From positions 1,240,001 through 1,304,000 of the forward strand of contig LSRY02000001.1 in the NCBI GenBank assembly GCA_001643675.2: a stretch of 64,000 nucleotides of DNA. Reading direction: 5' to 3'. Below, one piece after another: positions 1 through 11,300 of this stretch (its first letter is position 1; every line of letters starts with the position of its first letter). The stretch is from Monocercomonoides exilis PA203. Its lineage: Eukaryota; Protista; Preaxostyla. The notes under the pieces were generated by a model. It saw only the letters and a program-made list of their open reading frames with translations, did not search any database and was not told the origin of the DNA. The translations under genes and the position numbers were made by a program.

Positions 1-255
1 TATCAACAATGATAGAACTCAAAACACTCAAAACAAAAAACTCGTGAAAATATGAGCAAGTCTTTGATCAGAAAAATAAAACAAAAAACACCAGATCTTT
101 TCACAAAAATTAAAATATGAAAAAATATTTTCAGAAATAGTATATTATAATATATTAATAATTTTCTATTATTTATTTTTTTCTGAAAGTGCTCTTGAGA
201 GCCAGAAAATTTAGGTCACGATAAAAAAAAAGGGGATATGATAAATTACTGACCC
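1..255. mobile_element. Right arm (partial, runs off window start) of foldback/MITE family A
   Basis: 1-255 matches 6196-6450 (right arm of the complete copy) with only 2 substitutions seen (218, 253); ends ...TTACTGACCC followed by TA at 256-257. Confidence 0.9.
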
Positions 256-257
256 TA

Positions 258-2282
258 GGGTGGTTTTTTTATCCGGACATTTTTTTTTATCCGGACAAAA
301 ATTTTAATTATGAATTATTTCTTCCCACTTTTTGGATATTTTATCATATTTTTAATATATAAGGAAAAGTCAACAGTTTGAAATTAAGATTAAATTACTA
401 TACCTAATCTCTGATGGGGGTGGAGATGGGGGGGTTAGCTCCTCCATCTCTGATTTGTGCCTCCCCTGAGGAGATTAGGTAATAGCAACGGGGCTTACAA
501 AAATGAAAAAAAAATGGATTTTTTTCATTGCAAAATAATTTTTTTTTCTAAAAATAAAAAAAGATCATAACCATTACTTTATTTGTATGAGCGCAGTGAA
601 ACAAAGAAAAGAAATTGGACTAACGAAATTAAGAGATTTGATGAAATCTTTCGAGTATCGTCAAATTAAAAATCGATTAGTACGTATTGCCACAATAATT
701 GCTGACGGAAAATGCCGTGTTACCGACGCTGCTAATCTGAATGAATTCTCTCGTTCATCGATAAACCGAGCTGTAACTGCCGTTGAAAAGGGAAGAACCG
801 TGGGAAAAGTTGGTCGGCCAGAGCTGTTCACGAAAGAAGACAAAGAAGTGATAACCGGAGTTATCAGAATTGAAAGCATGACAGGAGTGAGTTATTCTTT
901 AACTCAAACAAAAATATTGGTTTGTATTTTTATTTATTTCTAACAAATTTTTATTGTTAATAACATTCCAAGATGGAATCAGTGCTAACTGATAGAAAAA
1001 TTCGAGGTGGAGAAGAAGAAGATCAAGAAGTTAAAATTTCAAAATCAACTCCGTATTCATTCGTTAAACGAAATCCAGACCTAAAGACATCCATTCCTCA
1101 TAACGTTGATATTCAACGATTATCGGTATCAAACAAACAGTCTCTTCAACCTTTCTTCTCTCTTCTGCAATCACTTCATGATTCTCACAAATACTCTCCT
1201 TCTCTCATCTTCAACACCGACGAATCCTCTTTGCGCCTTTCCGACACCACAAAACAACTAGCCGTTCATCCTTCAGATGTTCCAGTCGGGTTTTCCAAGA
1301 CACCAATCAACATGCCAAACTCAACTCTTGTGGTTGCAGTTGCAGCTGACGGTTATTCCTTACCAAGCCTTGTTCTTTGGCCATCCAAAAAACTTCCACA
1401 AGAAATGAAGGTCTTGCTCAGCCCGCAGCTTCACGCCTGGGCAGACAATGATGGATGGATGACAGATGCATTGTTTGCTCGCTATGCTGAAGAGATACTA
1501 CTGCCTGGAATAGTTGAAAGAAGAAAATTGTTAGACATGAATGAAGATAGATGCTTGCTTCTCTTGGATTCTCATCCTTCAAGAGCACAGCCAGATCTGT
1601 GGCAAAAATTTGCAGATGAATCAATTGACGTTGTTACATTTATTCCACACAGTACTCATCTCACACAGCCACTTGACTGCGGAGTTTTTGCTGTGTTTAA
1701 AAGATGTTTCAATTCAAACTATGTTGTTCCATCATCTTCTTCGATCGCACTCAGACGAAAAGCAGTTGCAAATGCCTTGCCACAGGCTTTGCAAACTGCA
1801 TTGCTACCTTCAACGATTCACTCTGCATTTGAAAAGAGCGGCGTGTTGTCTGGGCAGTCCAATTCCGTATTGATGAAGTTACCTGACACTCCTTCTGTTC
1901 AGCTGAAAAAAAAATCCCATCGTTTCAATTTCCATGGAAAAAATATATCCGACCAAGCATTTTTAGATGAATGGAAAGAATGCAAAAAGATGAAAGAGGA
2001 AAAGAATATTGATGATTCTGCAGAAGAAAAAATTGAAAAAGATTTGTTTTCTGAAGAGAAGCCGAAAAAAAGAAAACTTTCGAAATCCCAAATTTTAAAA
2101 GATGATGATTTAGAAGATGATAATGAACGAAGAAATACCAGAAAAATTATTAAAAGAGAATTGATGGATTATATTTACTATTGATTGTTGCATTTTTTCG
2201 AAAATTTCAACAAGCGATTTATAAAAAAATATTTATTTTTTTATCAAAAAATAAAAATTATGTCCGGATAAAAAAATCACCC
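258..2282 (+). mobile_element. Intact pogo/Fot-like (Tc1/mariner-related) DNA transposon, 2025 bp
   Basis: 22-bp TIRs GGGTGGTTTTTTTATCCGGACA (258-279) and TGTCCGGATAAAAAAATCACCC (2261-2282), 1 mismatch; TA on both sides (256-257, 2283-2284); encloses a DD35D transposase. Confidence 0.95.
587..2184 (+). CDS. DD35D pogo-like transposase, join(587..919,973..2184), ~514 aa
   Basis: Phase-0 GT-AG intron 920-972 joins the two track ORFs. Catalytic motifs IFNTDESS, LLLLDSHPSR, HLTQPLDCGVF with 35 residues between D2 and D3; GWMT motif; N-terminal HTH-like region ending GRP. Confidence 0.92.
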
Positions 2283-2284
2283 TA

Positions 2285-2876
2285 TATCTGCTAATGTTAC
2301 TCAAAGCAATAAACGCAATTTCCACTTCTTTTTGCATTTCCTCATTTTCCTCTTTCACCAAGGTAACTTTCAAGAGCTGTGGCACACACACTTTGAGCAT
2401 TTCTTTTGAAGCTAAATCATATAATAATAGCTCACATTCGCAAAGATCAATCAGAAGCTTCATGTTTTTCCCTTCTTTCTTCTTCTCTTCTTTTTCAATC
2501 ATATTTTCAAATTTGCATTTCATCAATGAACAACAAAAATTATTTTTTCGGATATTTTTCTCCAATAAGCAACATCCAAGATCCTTCAACAACAAAATCG
2601 AATTTTCAAAAGATAATTTCTTTTTGAAGATCATGCAGTGTATTTTACTGAAAAATTCTTTTTCAACAATAAATTCAAGCATTTCTTTATTCATATCTTC
2701 GATCATTTCAACCATTTCTTCAATTTTCTGCTTCTGTTCATCTTCATCACAATCTTCAAGCTCAGAAAACAATTCTTCAAAAAAGTAAGAAAGAAAGAAA
2801 GAAATCCAATCAAAAAGAATTCAAATCAACAATGAATGCAAACCTGTAGATATTTCAGTACGCTTATTACCTGCAT
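2285..2876 (-). pseudogene. FSELEDC-family paralog truncated by transposon insertion
   Basis: Exon 2 (2774..2285) encodes LFSELEDC...LLIDLCECE...EIAFIALSNISRY then runs into the TIR. Intron 2775-2843; exon 1 from ATG 2876 is 33 nt versus 34 nt in the 24505 paralog (likely frameshift). Confidence 0.8.
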
Positions 2877-4646
2877 TTTTATCAGAATATTTTATTCATA
2901 AAACAAAAAAATTATTAACATTCACATTGAATTCGTATTTGTCAGGATAGAAGGCATAGATGAAAAATAAAAAACTCATAAAGATCATAGAAAAATATGC
3001 ATTCAAACCGTTCCATCAAGCGTTGACATTTTCGACTTGTAATTTCAAAGAAAAAGAATGCTTTATCTTTTCTGTTTGTTGTTATGGTACAAATGATCAA
3101 ATTGTTATCTTTAAACTGGAATATTCATGCACTGATTGAAAGTTCAATGAGTTAACATTACCCGTTGAACTGGCAATATTTTTTCCTGTGGAGAAAACAG
3201 AATATTGTGGAGATGCAATATTTTTCAAATTCTGCCTGATGATTTTTGTCAATTGGATGACCAAGGGAGATGCAACAATTTCATCAATAACATAAAAATG
3301 ATATTGTCTGTAATTTTTATTGTTCTATTGATCGTGAAGATATTTCCGTCTGTATCCTCTCCAGAGTCCAGAAATCCTGCTTATTGTTGAAATGGCCAAT
3401 CTCCGCTTTGGAGAGCAACACGATGAAAACGGAGCAGATTACAATACAAAAATTGATAAATAAAGGAATATATGCAAGATGCATGATTTTTATATATTTT
3501 TATTTAGTGCAAGAGGTGAAAACTTATTCAACTGTTTTTTATAAAATGAAGATTTATGGATGGAATTTTGTGAAAGGACAAAATCTGCACAAAATTATAT
3601 AGCATTTGGGGGCATAATGCAGTGGAACAGTTTTTTGTAAAGGAAAGTGGCTGGCAATATCGAGGGAAGGATATTAATCACAAAAAAGGCAAGAATTCAA
3701 TGGAAAAAAGGAGAGCTTAGAAATATCAGTTTTATTTATTAGGCTTTCCTGTTTCTCGGACTGCGAGGGGCAGACATGGAAAGCGACAAAATTCTATTTC
3801 TGATTCCGCTTTTGCTTCAAAAGAGTGGAGAAACGCCAACAAGCAAACATCCAATTGTTGAGTGCTTTTTGACAATCGAACAACATTCTGTCCAATTGCA
3901 TTTGAATTTCATTCTTCGAAGGGACAGCCATTTTGAGAAAGCAAGGCGATTATTTTTCGAGGTTTGCTTTCTTTGTCGCTACAGACAATGAAAGAGAATT
4001 TGATGGTTTTTGTTTTCATCGTTTGTTTCTCAACAAAGTTGTTGTTTCGCTCAGCTTCTATGTTTGTGCGCGGTTCTTTGAATTTTGTGCGTTGTGCATC
4101 AGAGAATGCATTTCAGAAGCATTGTCATCTGCATCATGAGTGATGATAAGCGAATGCCAACCTTTCCATCCATCTTCCTCCTCTTCGCTGTTGAAGCACA
4201 GCCAACTCACTCTCTTCGTTTTCATCAGGGTTTATCTTCCTCGTCCGCAATCTCGTTGGCATTTGATGCCTTCCAATCACGCAGGCTGCAGAGAGATGTC
4301 CTTCAAGCACAGAAAGATGAGCATCACTTCCTTCCTTTGAAACCCCATTTCGTCTGCTTCAATCCTCCGATCGTTGTCGTTTATTTCTTCTTCCCCTTTT
4401 TCTTCTGTGAAGCGAGCTTGGCGAATGCCAAAAAGCGCAAAGTGGGGTCATTCAAACCACAGGCACCCAAAGTCTGCAAACGCTAATTTTTTTTTTCGCT
4501 TAAGATTATCTTCTTTCTTTTTTTTTTATTTCAAGATTTTGATGGATGGAAAAAGCGACGCAAAAATACGTTTATTTTCTTTCTTTGTTCGTTTGTTGAA
4601 GGAGGGAGCAAGAAGGCGGAGAGGAAGGAACAGGGCAGGATGGAGA

Positions 4647-4688
4647 GAAGAAGAAGAAGAAGAAGAAGAAGAAGAAGAAGAAGAAGAA
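4647..4688 (+). repeat. (GAA)14 microsatellite
   Basis: Perfect GAA run read directly. Confidence 0.9.
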
Positions 4689-5229
4689 AAAGATTGAATG
4701 AAAGTGAATGGATAGGAATGGCACTTGGGATGGGCCTGTAGGATTTGGTCGAATGGGTTGAAGCGATGCAGAAGCGGAAGGGATGCACAGAGGGTGGATG
4801 GTGTGTCATTCTGCTTTGTCTGAATTATTTCTTTGTTTTGAAATTTGTTTTGGAATATGTTTTTTTGTCATAAAACTATATATGATATTTATGAATTATT
4901 TAAATATATTTTGATTTTTCTATTTTACAATTCAACTTCCGCGTTTCTTTTCCTCATTCTTCTTCTTTATTTTTTTTTCATCAACTTCGATTGCCTCTGT
5001 TTTATATTTGCGTATCTGACATATGATTTTTCTTTATTTTTTTCGATTCCATCACATTTTGTTATATCAGCTGCCTGCTTCTTATTCCTCTTTGACATCA
5101 TCTTCTTCCTCTTCTCACATATTTTTTACTTCTTTTTCAACTTTTTCTTTACCCTCTTCACCTTCTTCACCTTCTTCGCCTTTGTTCTCTTCATTTTCTT
5201 TATCCTCATCGTCCTCTTTTTCTTCAACT

Positions 5230-7120
5230 GACAAAGTTCCCAATGATAATCACATAAAAAATCCCCATCCAAATGCAACCGATTATAGTGTCTGCGTGTG
5301 GGACAGCTCTCTACTGCACTTTACAAGCACATCTGTCTCATTCAACGCGACTGCCTTCGAAGACTCAGCCATCGGAGACATCACAGCAAGCAACTCGAAC
5401 CTCACATTGAAATTAGTCACATTCTGAAACAACACTCAAGGTAGCATTGATTATCCTTCTGTTCGGAGAAAAGCTGGGTGGATAGGGTCAGAAATTTATC
5501 GGTACCCAAAAAATTAATCGGGACCTAAATTTTCTGGCTCTCAAGAGCACTTTCAGAAAAAAATAAATAATAGAAAATTATTAATATATTATAATATACT
5601 ATTTCTGAAAATATTTTTTCATATTTTAATTTTTGTGAAAAGATCTGGTGTTTTTTGTTTAATTTTTGAGATCAAAGACTTGCTCGTATTTTCATGAGCT
5701 TTTTGTTTTGAGATTTTTAAGTATTGTTATTGTTATTGAACATAACTTCTTTATAATTTTGGTTATTTTTCATTGTTTAACACTTCGTTTTTTTATTATT
5801 TTTTGCATTTCACTAAATTTCGATAAAATTAAAAATAAAATGTGAAATTAGAGTTAGCATGTTTTTGTTCATAAAAGAATAGTTAAAAAACTGATTGATA
5901 TGTGTATCACCAAAATTTTGAAATGAAAAAATATGATTTGAAGTTAAAAGCACAAAAATACACAAAAACATGTTTTTTTGAATAATAATCTCGATCATTA
6001 AAAAGTAAAGATTTTCTTATTTCTGATTACCTTTATTTGTTGATAATTAATATATTTACTCTTTCAAATTAACGAAAAAACTAATTTATTCAGATGCATT
6101 CTTCAATTTGTCGAAATTTAGTGAAATGGAAAAAATAATAAAAAAACGAAGTGTTTAATAGCAAAAAATAACCAAAAACATAAAAAAGTTCAGTTTATCA
6201 ACAATGATAGAACTCAAAACACTCAAAACAAAAAACTCGTGAAAATATGAGCAAGTCTTTGATCAGAAAAATAAAACAAAAAACACCAGATCTTTTCACA
6301 AAAATTAAAATATGAAAAAATATTTTCAGAAATAGTATATTATAATATATTAATAATTTTCTATTATTTATTTTTTTCTGAAAGTGCTCTTGAGAGCCAG
6401 AAAATTTAGGTCCCGATAAAAAAAAAGGGGATATGATAAATTACTGATCCTATTGTGTCACTGAATTGAGGAGATGGAAGTGGAGGAAGAGGAAGAGGAA
6501 GGGGAAGAGGAAGAAATGAAGAAAATGAAGAAGAAGAAGAAGATAGAAGAGGAAGAAGCAGTGAAACGAGCAACGACAATGAAATCAGCTCTTCACTTTG
6601 TATGGGAAGCAACGTGTGTGTATTTCTGGGGCTAGGCAAGATACTTCCGAGTGTTCTGTTCATTCCTTCTTTTGGCTCAGTCAGACACAGCCAAAGTTGA
6701 TCAATACATCGCTTGCTCTTCATTGGAAGTTCTCTTGTTCCTTACGGCTTGATTGCCTGTGTCGCAATCACTACGGGTGAAGAAGTCTCCACAGAACTGC
6801 ATGAAATCACAGACTTCACAAATGAAGCAATAGCTATGGCAAGTTTCTCTTCGGATCTCCTCGATTCCTCTCAAAAAGAGTCTGAACTAGCTGCTCAGCT
6901 TGTGTATTGGACGGAGGCATCTGCATCTTCTGTTAAAGAAACACAATTGATTGTATTTCGCAATGCCACATTTGAAGAGCAGGTTGTGTTGTCTGAACAA
7001 GAGTCGTTCTTCAGTTGGAGTGTTGGTCACGTTGATTGCAGTTGGGTGCGCATGTGATGTGGTTGTTGTTGTTCTAATTGTGCTAGTGGTGCAGCTGGGG
7101 AAGGAGGAGAAGAAGAATCC
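5230..7120 (+). pseudogene. Decayed C-terminal part of a large surface-protein gene, split by foldback element A
   Basis: VCVWDSSLL...F*NNTQGSIDYPSVRR then VD|IVSLN*GDG across the insertion matches the family motif CxW...YPSARRN...VDVVSLKGGDG. Also GSSLVPYGL and a TM-like LVTLIAVGCACDVVVVVLIVLVV near 7025-7090; stops and frameshifts present. Confidence 0.75.
5485..6450. mobile_element. Non-coding foldback/MITE family A, 966 bp, ~345-bp imperfect TIRs
   Basis: Arms ~5485-5830 and ~6105-6450 are inverted copies; TA duplication at 5483-5484 and 6451-6452; removing the element and one TA restores gtg gat att gtg tca (VDIVS). Confidence 0.92.
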
Positions 7121-7513
7121 CAAATAGTCTTAGGAAGTCGTGAAAGAACATTCAAAGGAGAAAAATAAGATGAGAAGAAATTCTTATTTAAAGCTGACAC
7201 TTTCTTCTTCTTCTTCTTCTTCTTCTTCTACTTTGTCTTTCTATTCCAATCTGCTTCCGCCTTCTCCTTTGCGGCTGAAAGGAAGGGCACCTTCCAGTTC
7301 TCCTCTGGCAATGTCTTCCTCATCGTCATAGGTTTCTCTTCTCCGTGCCCAATCATCAGCTGCCATAGATCCATATTCTTCTTATTCTTTCTCTCTTTCT
7401 CCTTCCTCCTCCTTCTCTTTCTCTCTTTCTTTGCCAAGAGACCCGATGGATGAACAGGACTTACCGTTCAGTCTTGTTGGGACAGAAGAATATGATCAAC
7501 AAAATGCAATGCA

Positions 7514-7546
7514 AATGAATCAGATGAATCAGATGAATCAGATGAA
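7514..7546 (+). repeat. 9-bp tandem repeat (ATGAATCAG)x3+, MNQ repeat
   Basis: Read directly; probably part of the decayed cytoplasmic tail of the upstream pseudogene. Confidence 0.8.
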
Positions 7547-8385
7547 CCCAATGCAGAATAATAATTTGAGAAGTGGAGAAGACAGAAGCGGAGAACAAGT
7601 TCCGTTTCAAGGGAAGAATCAACAGAATGGTGAGCTGTTTTAGACAAGCAGTGAATATTTTGAAGGAGAAAAGGAAGGAGAAAGAGGAGAAGAAGGAGAA
7701 ACAGGGACAGGGATGATGAAGATGATGATGGATATAAGTATGTTTGATGTGACGAATATGGATGAAGATGCAACATCTTCTTGCACTTTTTCACGTGCAG
7801 ATGAAAGTGACATTAAGAGAGAGAAGAAAATGAAGAAGAAAAAGAAGGAGAAGGAGAAGGAAAAGGAAAAGGGAAAGGAAAAATCAAAGAAATCAAAAGA
7901 GAAAAAGAAGGTGAAGGCAAAGGCAAAGAAGGATATGGAAAGTGAGGAAGAGGAAAAAGGAGAAGAAGGAGAAGGGGAGGAGGAAAAGGAAGAAAGAAAA
8001 TAAAAAAGAAAAATCGAATAGAAAGTTTAGGAGTTGAAGAGGAAATATTATATTTTTTAGGTAATTTTTATATTTTTTCACTATTTGTTATGCCAAAAAA
8101 AAAAAATACATTGAACATTTGTTGAAGATATTTTCGAACTCTTTTCAAAAGGATATTGTTTTTCAAATTTTTTTTATTTTTTATTTTTATTTTTTTTATG
8201 AATAATCTTTTAATAAGAGTAATTCATTTTTGTAATTATCAAATTTTTAAAATTAAGTTAGTGCAATGTAGCTTAGCGAAATTTTGAAAGCTTTCAAAAA
8301 TCTCATTAATGAAATCCCCATATTTTAAATATGAAATATTACTGTTTTTTTTGTTGATTGTTTTAAGCTTTTAAATGCTTTTGAA

Positions 8386-11300
8386 ATGTTAACTTTCAAT
8401 TTGCTCAAAAAATACATCGTCATTTTAAATATTATTGGGTGTTTTATTTACTCTGAATCCGACTATGAATCGATAGTTTTAAATAAAGATTCAAATTGCG
8501 CTTTTGAGGATCTAAAGCAGAAATCATCATTATATTTCGATAAAGCGGGGAAGAATAGAATGTCTAATACTCAACTTATGAGAGACAACACAAAAATTTT
8601 GGGAACATGTTTTAGAGGTTTGAAAAAACATGCAATCAACGAAATGAGCTATTTGCTTACGAAAATGAGAATTTCAAACTCGACAATATTTATCGAAGGA
8701 GAATGCGTTATTTCCAGCTACGGGGATTCCACGATTTTTCAAGACGGTTTTTCAAATGTTTCTGTGGTAAGTTGCATTGTTTTTTCGAGAGGACAAAAAT
8801 TAGGCTGCTCATTTGCCAAAACAGGAAGCGTTTTACAGCTCAAGAACATTTCAGTTTTATCTCGAATAGATTGGATGGAAATGAATTCGTTTGTGTCCCT
8901 TGAAAGCGATTTTACAGCATCAAATCAACCATTCCCTGTGATTGTTTTATCTTCATCATTTTCATCTGTTTTAATGTCATCAACGTTTTTTGCTTCATCT
9001 ATAATTGGATCAACATTGGAGCTTCATAATTCTTCTTTTTTCAATATCAGTGCAAAGCCAAATGCGATCATACAAGAACAAGGATCTTACTCTTTCACTT
9101 CAAAAATTACAAATTGTGCTTTCAATCATGTGTACGGTGTGTATGACGGCGTGCTGATCCCTTCAATCTCTTTTGGCGTTCGCTCACTAGCAAATTTTAA
9201 CTCAACACACATTTCATGCACGCGGTGGGCAAACAAGCACTACGCAAACGAAACACTCAAAAGAGTCATACTGGATCCTTCAGTTGATAAAGAATTTACG
9301 TTTGACTCATGCACTTGGAAGGGAATTAAAGGCGATGAATTTGGCCAATGCATCTTTGCAAGAACACAAGATCATACCGTTTTAACTGTTGATGTTATTA
9401 ATTGTAAATTTCAAAACTGCACAAGCTATGATGGATCAGGAGGTGCTATCTTTGTGACTGGAAATGTGGCTGTGACACTTGAAAACACTTCTTTTTATAA
9501 TGTGAACGCTGAAAATGAAAATAAAAATAAAGAAACAACTGCTGGAGCTGTTCATATGATCAGCATTCGTTCCCCAGCAATCAGGCAATGCTTGTTTTCA
9601 GGTTGCGATTCGAGGGATGCATGCGTCGTTTACGAGCGCAAAATGTCACAGATACATCAAAAAATGGTCGACTTGAATGGAAATTACACAATTCGGCAAC
9701 AAAGTTATTACTCACAAGTTCGTGAAAGAAACAATTTTCCAATTGAAGGCAACGACAAAAAAATGCAAACAAAGTGGAATTCCGATAAAGACGAATCCTT
9801 CGAAGAAGTCGAGCCAGTGTGTTTGCAATGTACCTTTTTGAGATGCAATTCGCAAGGAAGCGGAGGCGGACTTTATCTGAAAGATGTTGAAGATCAGGCA
9901 CTTGTTTCTGAGTGTGATTTTTCCAGCTGCAAGGCTAATTATGGAGGTGCAATTAATGTTGCTGTTACAGATACAGTATTTTCGAAAGCAAGTAAACGAT
10001 CTTTCAACCAGAATCTTTTTTGTATATATATGAGCTATTTCGCTGTTAATGTGGCATATAAATATGGACATGACGTTTTTATTGTGAGTGAAGCTGATTA
10101 CAACGATGGGCTCAAGTTCTTTTCGTTGTGCAAAACAACGAAACAGAACGAAGGAGCTGTGATTCAGACGAAACGGAGTAAGCCTGAAGAATTTCTCAAT
10201 CTCACGAATTCATTTGAAGTTGCACAGCGTGTTATTGAATTGTACCCCTCTGCTCAGAATAGTGCAGTGTGTGGCTCTTCGCAACAGCAGCCGTGCCAGA
10301 GTATTTTTAAAGCTTTAGCTCAAGTTGCGTCATATGAAAATGTGAAGTTTTCAATCGTTTCGAACACAGAAATGATTGTTGATGAAATGATCAGTGTATA
10401 CCAATTGGAACTGGAGATTAATGGAAACGAAGGTGGAGCCATTTTCATAAGCCCTCAAAACTTCGTTGGATATGAAGATTGTATTTTTGATATTGCACAC
10501 AGCTTGTTTTCAATTAGAAATCTTACAATTTTGTATCCGAAAATGAAATCGTATCCTTTTGAACAAATTTTTTATGGGAGAGATGATGGTAGTCCTTTTT
10601 CAATTTTCGTGGATAATATTGTTTTCAAGTGCTACAATGATGTTCATAAACAAAACGGTACTTTTAATCAATTTCCCAATCCAAAAAAGCAATTATCCAC
10701 AAAGTCTTATGAATCTTTTTGTTTCTTTTCCGGTAATCATGGAGGGTTTATTTCTATCATAGGAAGCGCTTTTTGCGATATTCCAAGTGAAACTATAAGT
10801 TCAATTTTTGAAGAATCTTACAATCCAAGAATTACTCTTATTGACTGCACTTTTCAAAACATTACTTCTGATGAAAAGGAACCTGCCTTATTTAATGCAA
10901 GATTTTATTCACAAAGATATCTTATCATGCGGAACATCACTGCGAATTTGATAATGTCAAACATATCATCAGGTGGATTTATGAATGTGTCTTTTGCTGA
11001 GAGTTCTGAACTTGTTATCGAAAACAGCTCGTTCATATCGTGTTCTGCGTCAAGCTATGCTGGTGCATTGTCAGTTGCCACATTAAAAGGAGGAACAATA
11101 ATTCTTGATCAATTATCATTTTTGAATAATTCCGCCAAAAAATATCGCGATATGAGATTTTTTGCATGGTCATTATTGGAAGTCAACATTCAAACGATAT
11201 TTAACTTCGTTGACAAAACAATTGATGGAACGCAAATTGGGTGCTTTGACAATTTTAATTTCTTGGAAGGAATCAGCGTAACAGACTTACTTTCAGTTTT

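Noticed and set aside
4374-5231. Short ORFs such as 4374-4697, 4845-5231, 7713-8003, 45009-45203 and 57457-57687
   Set aside because: They arise from microsatellite or low-complexity sequence.
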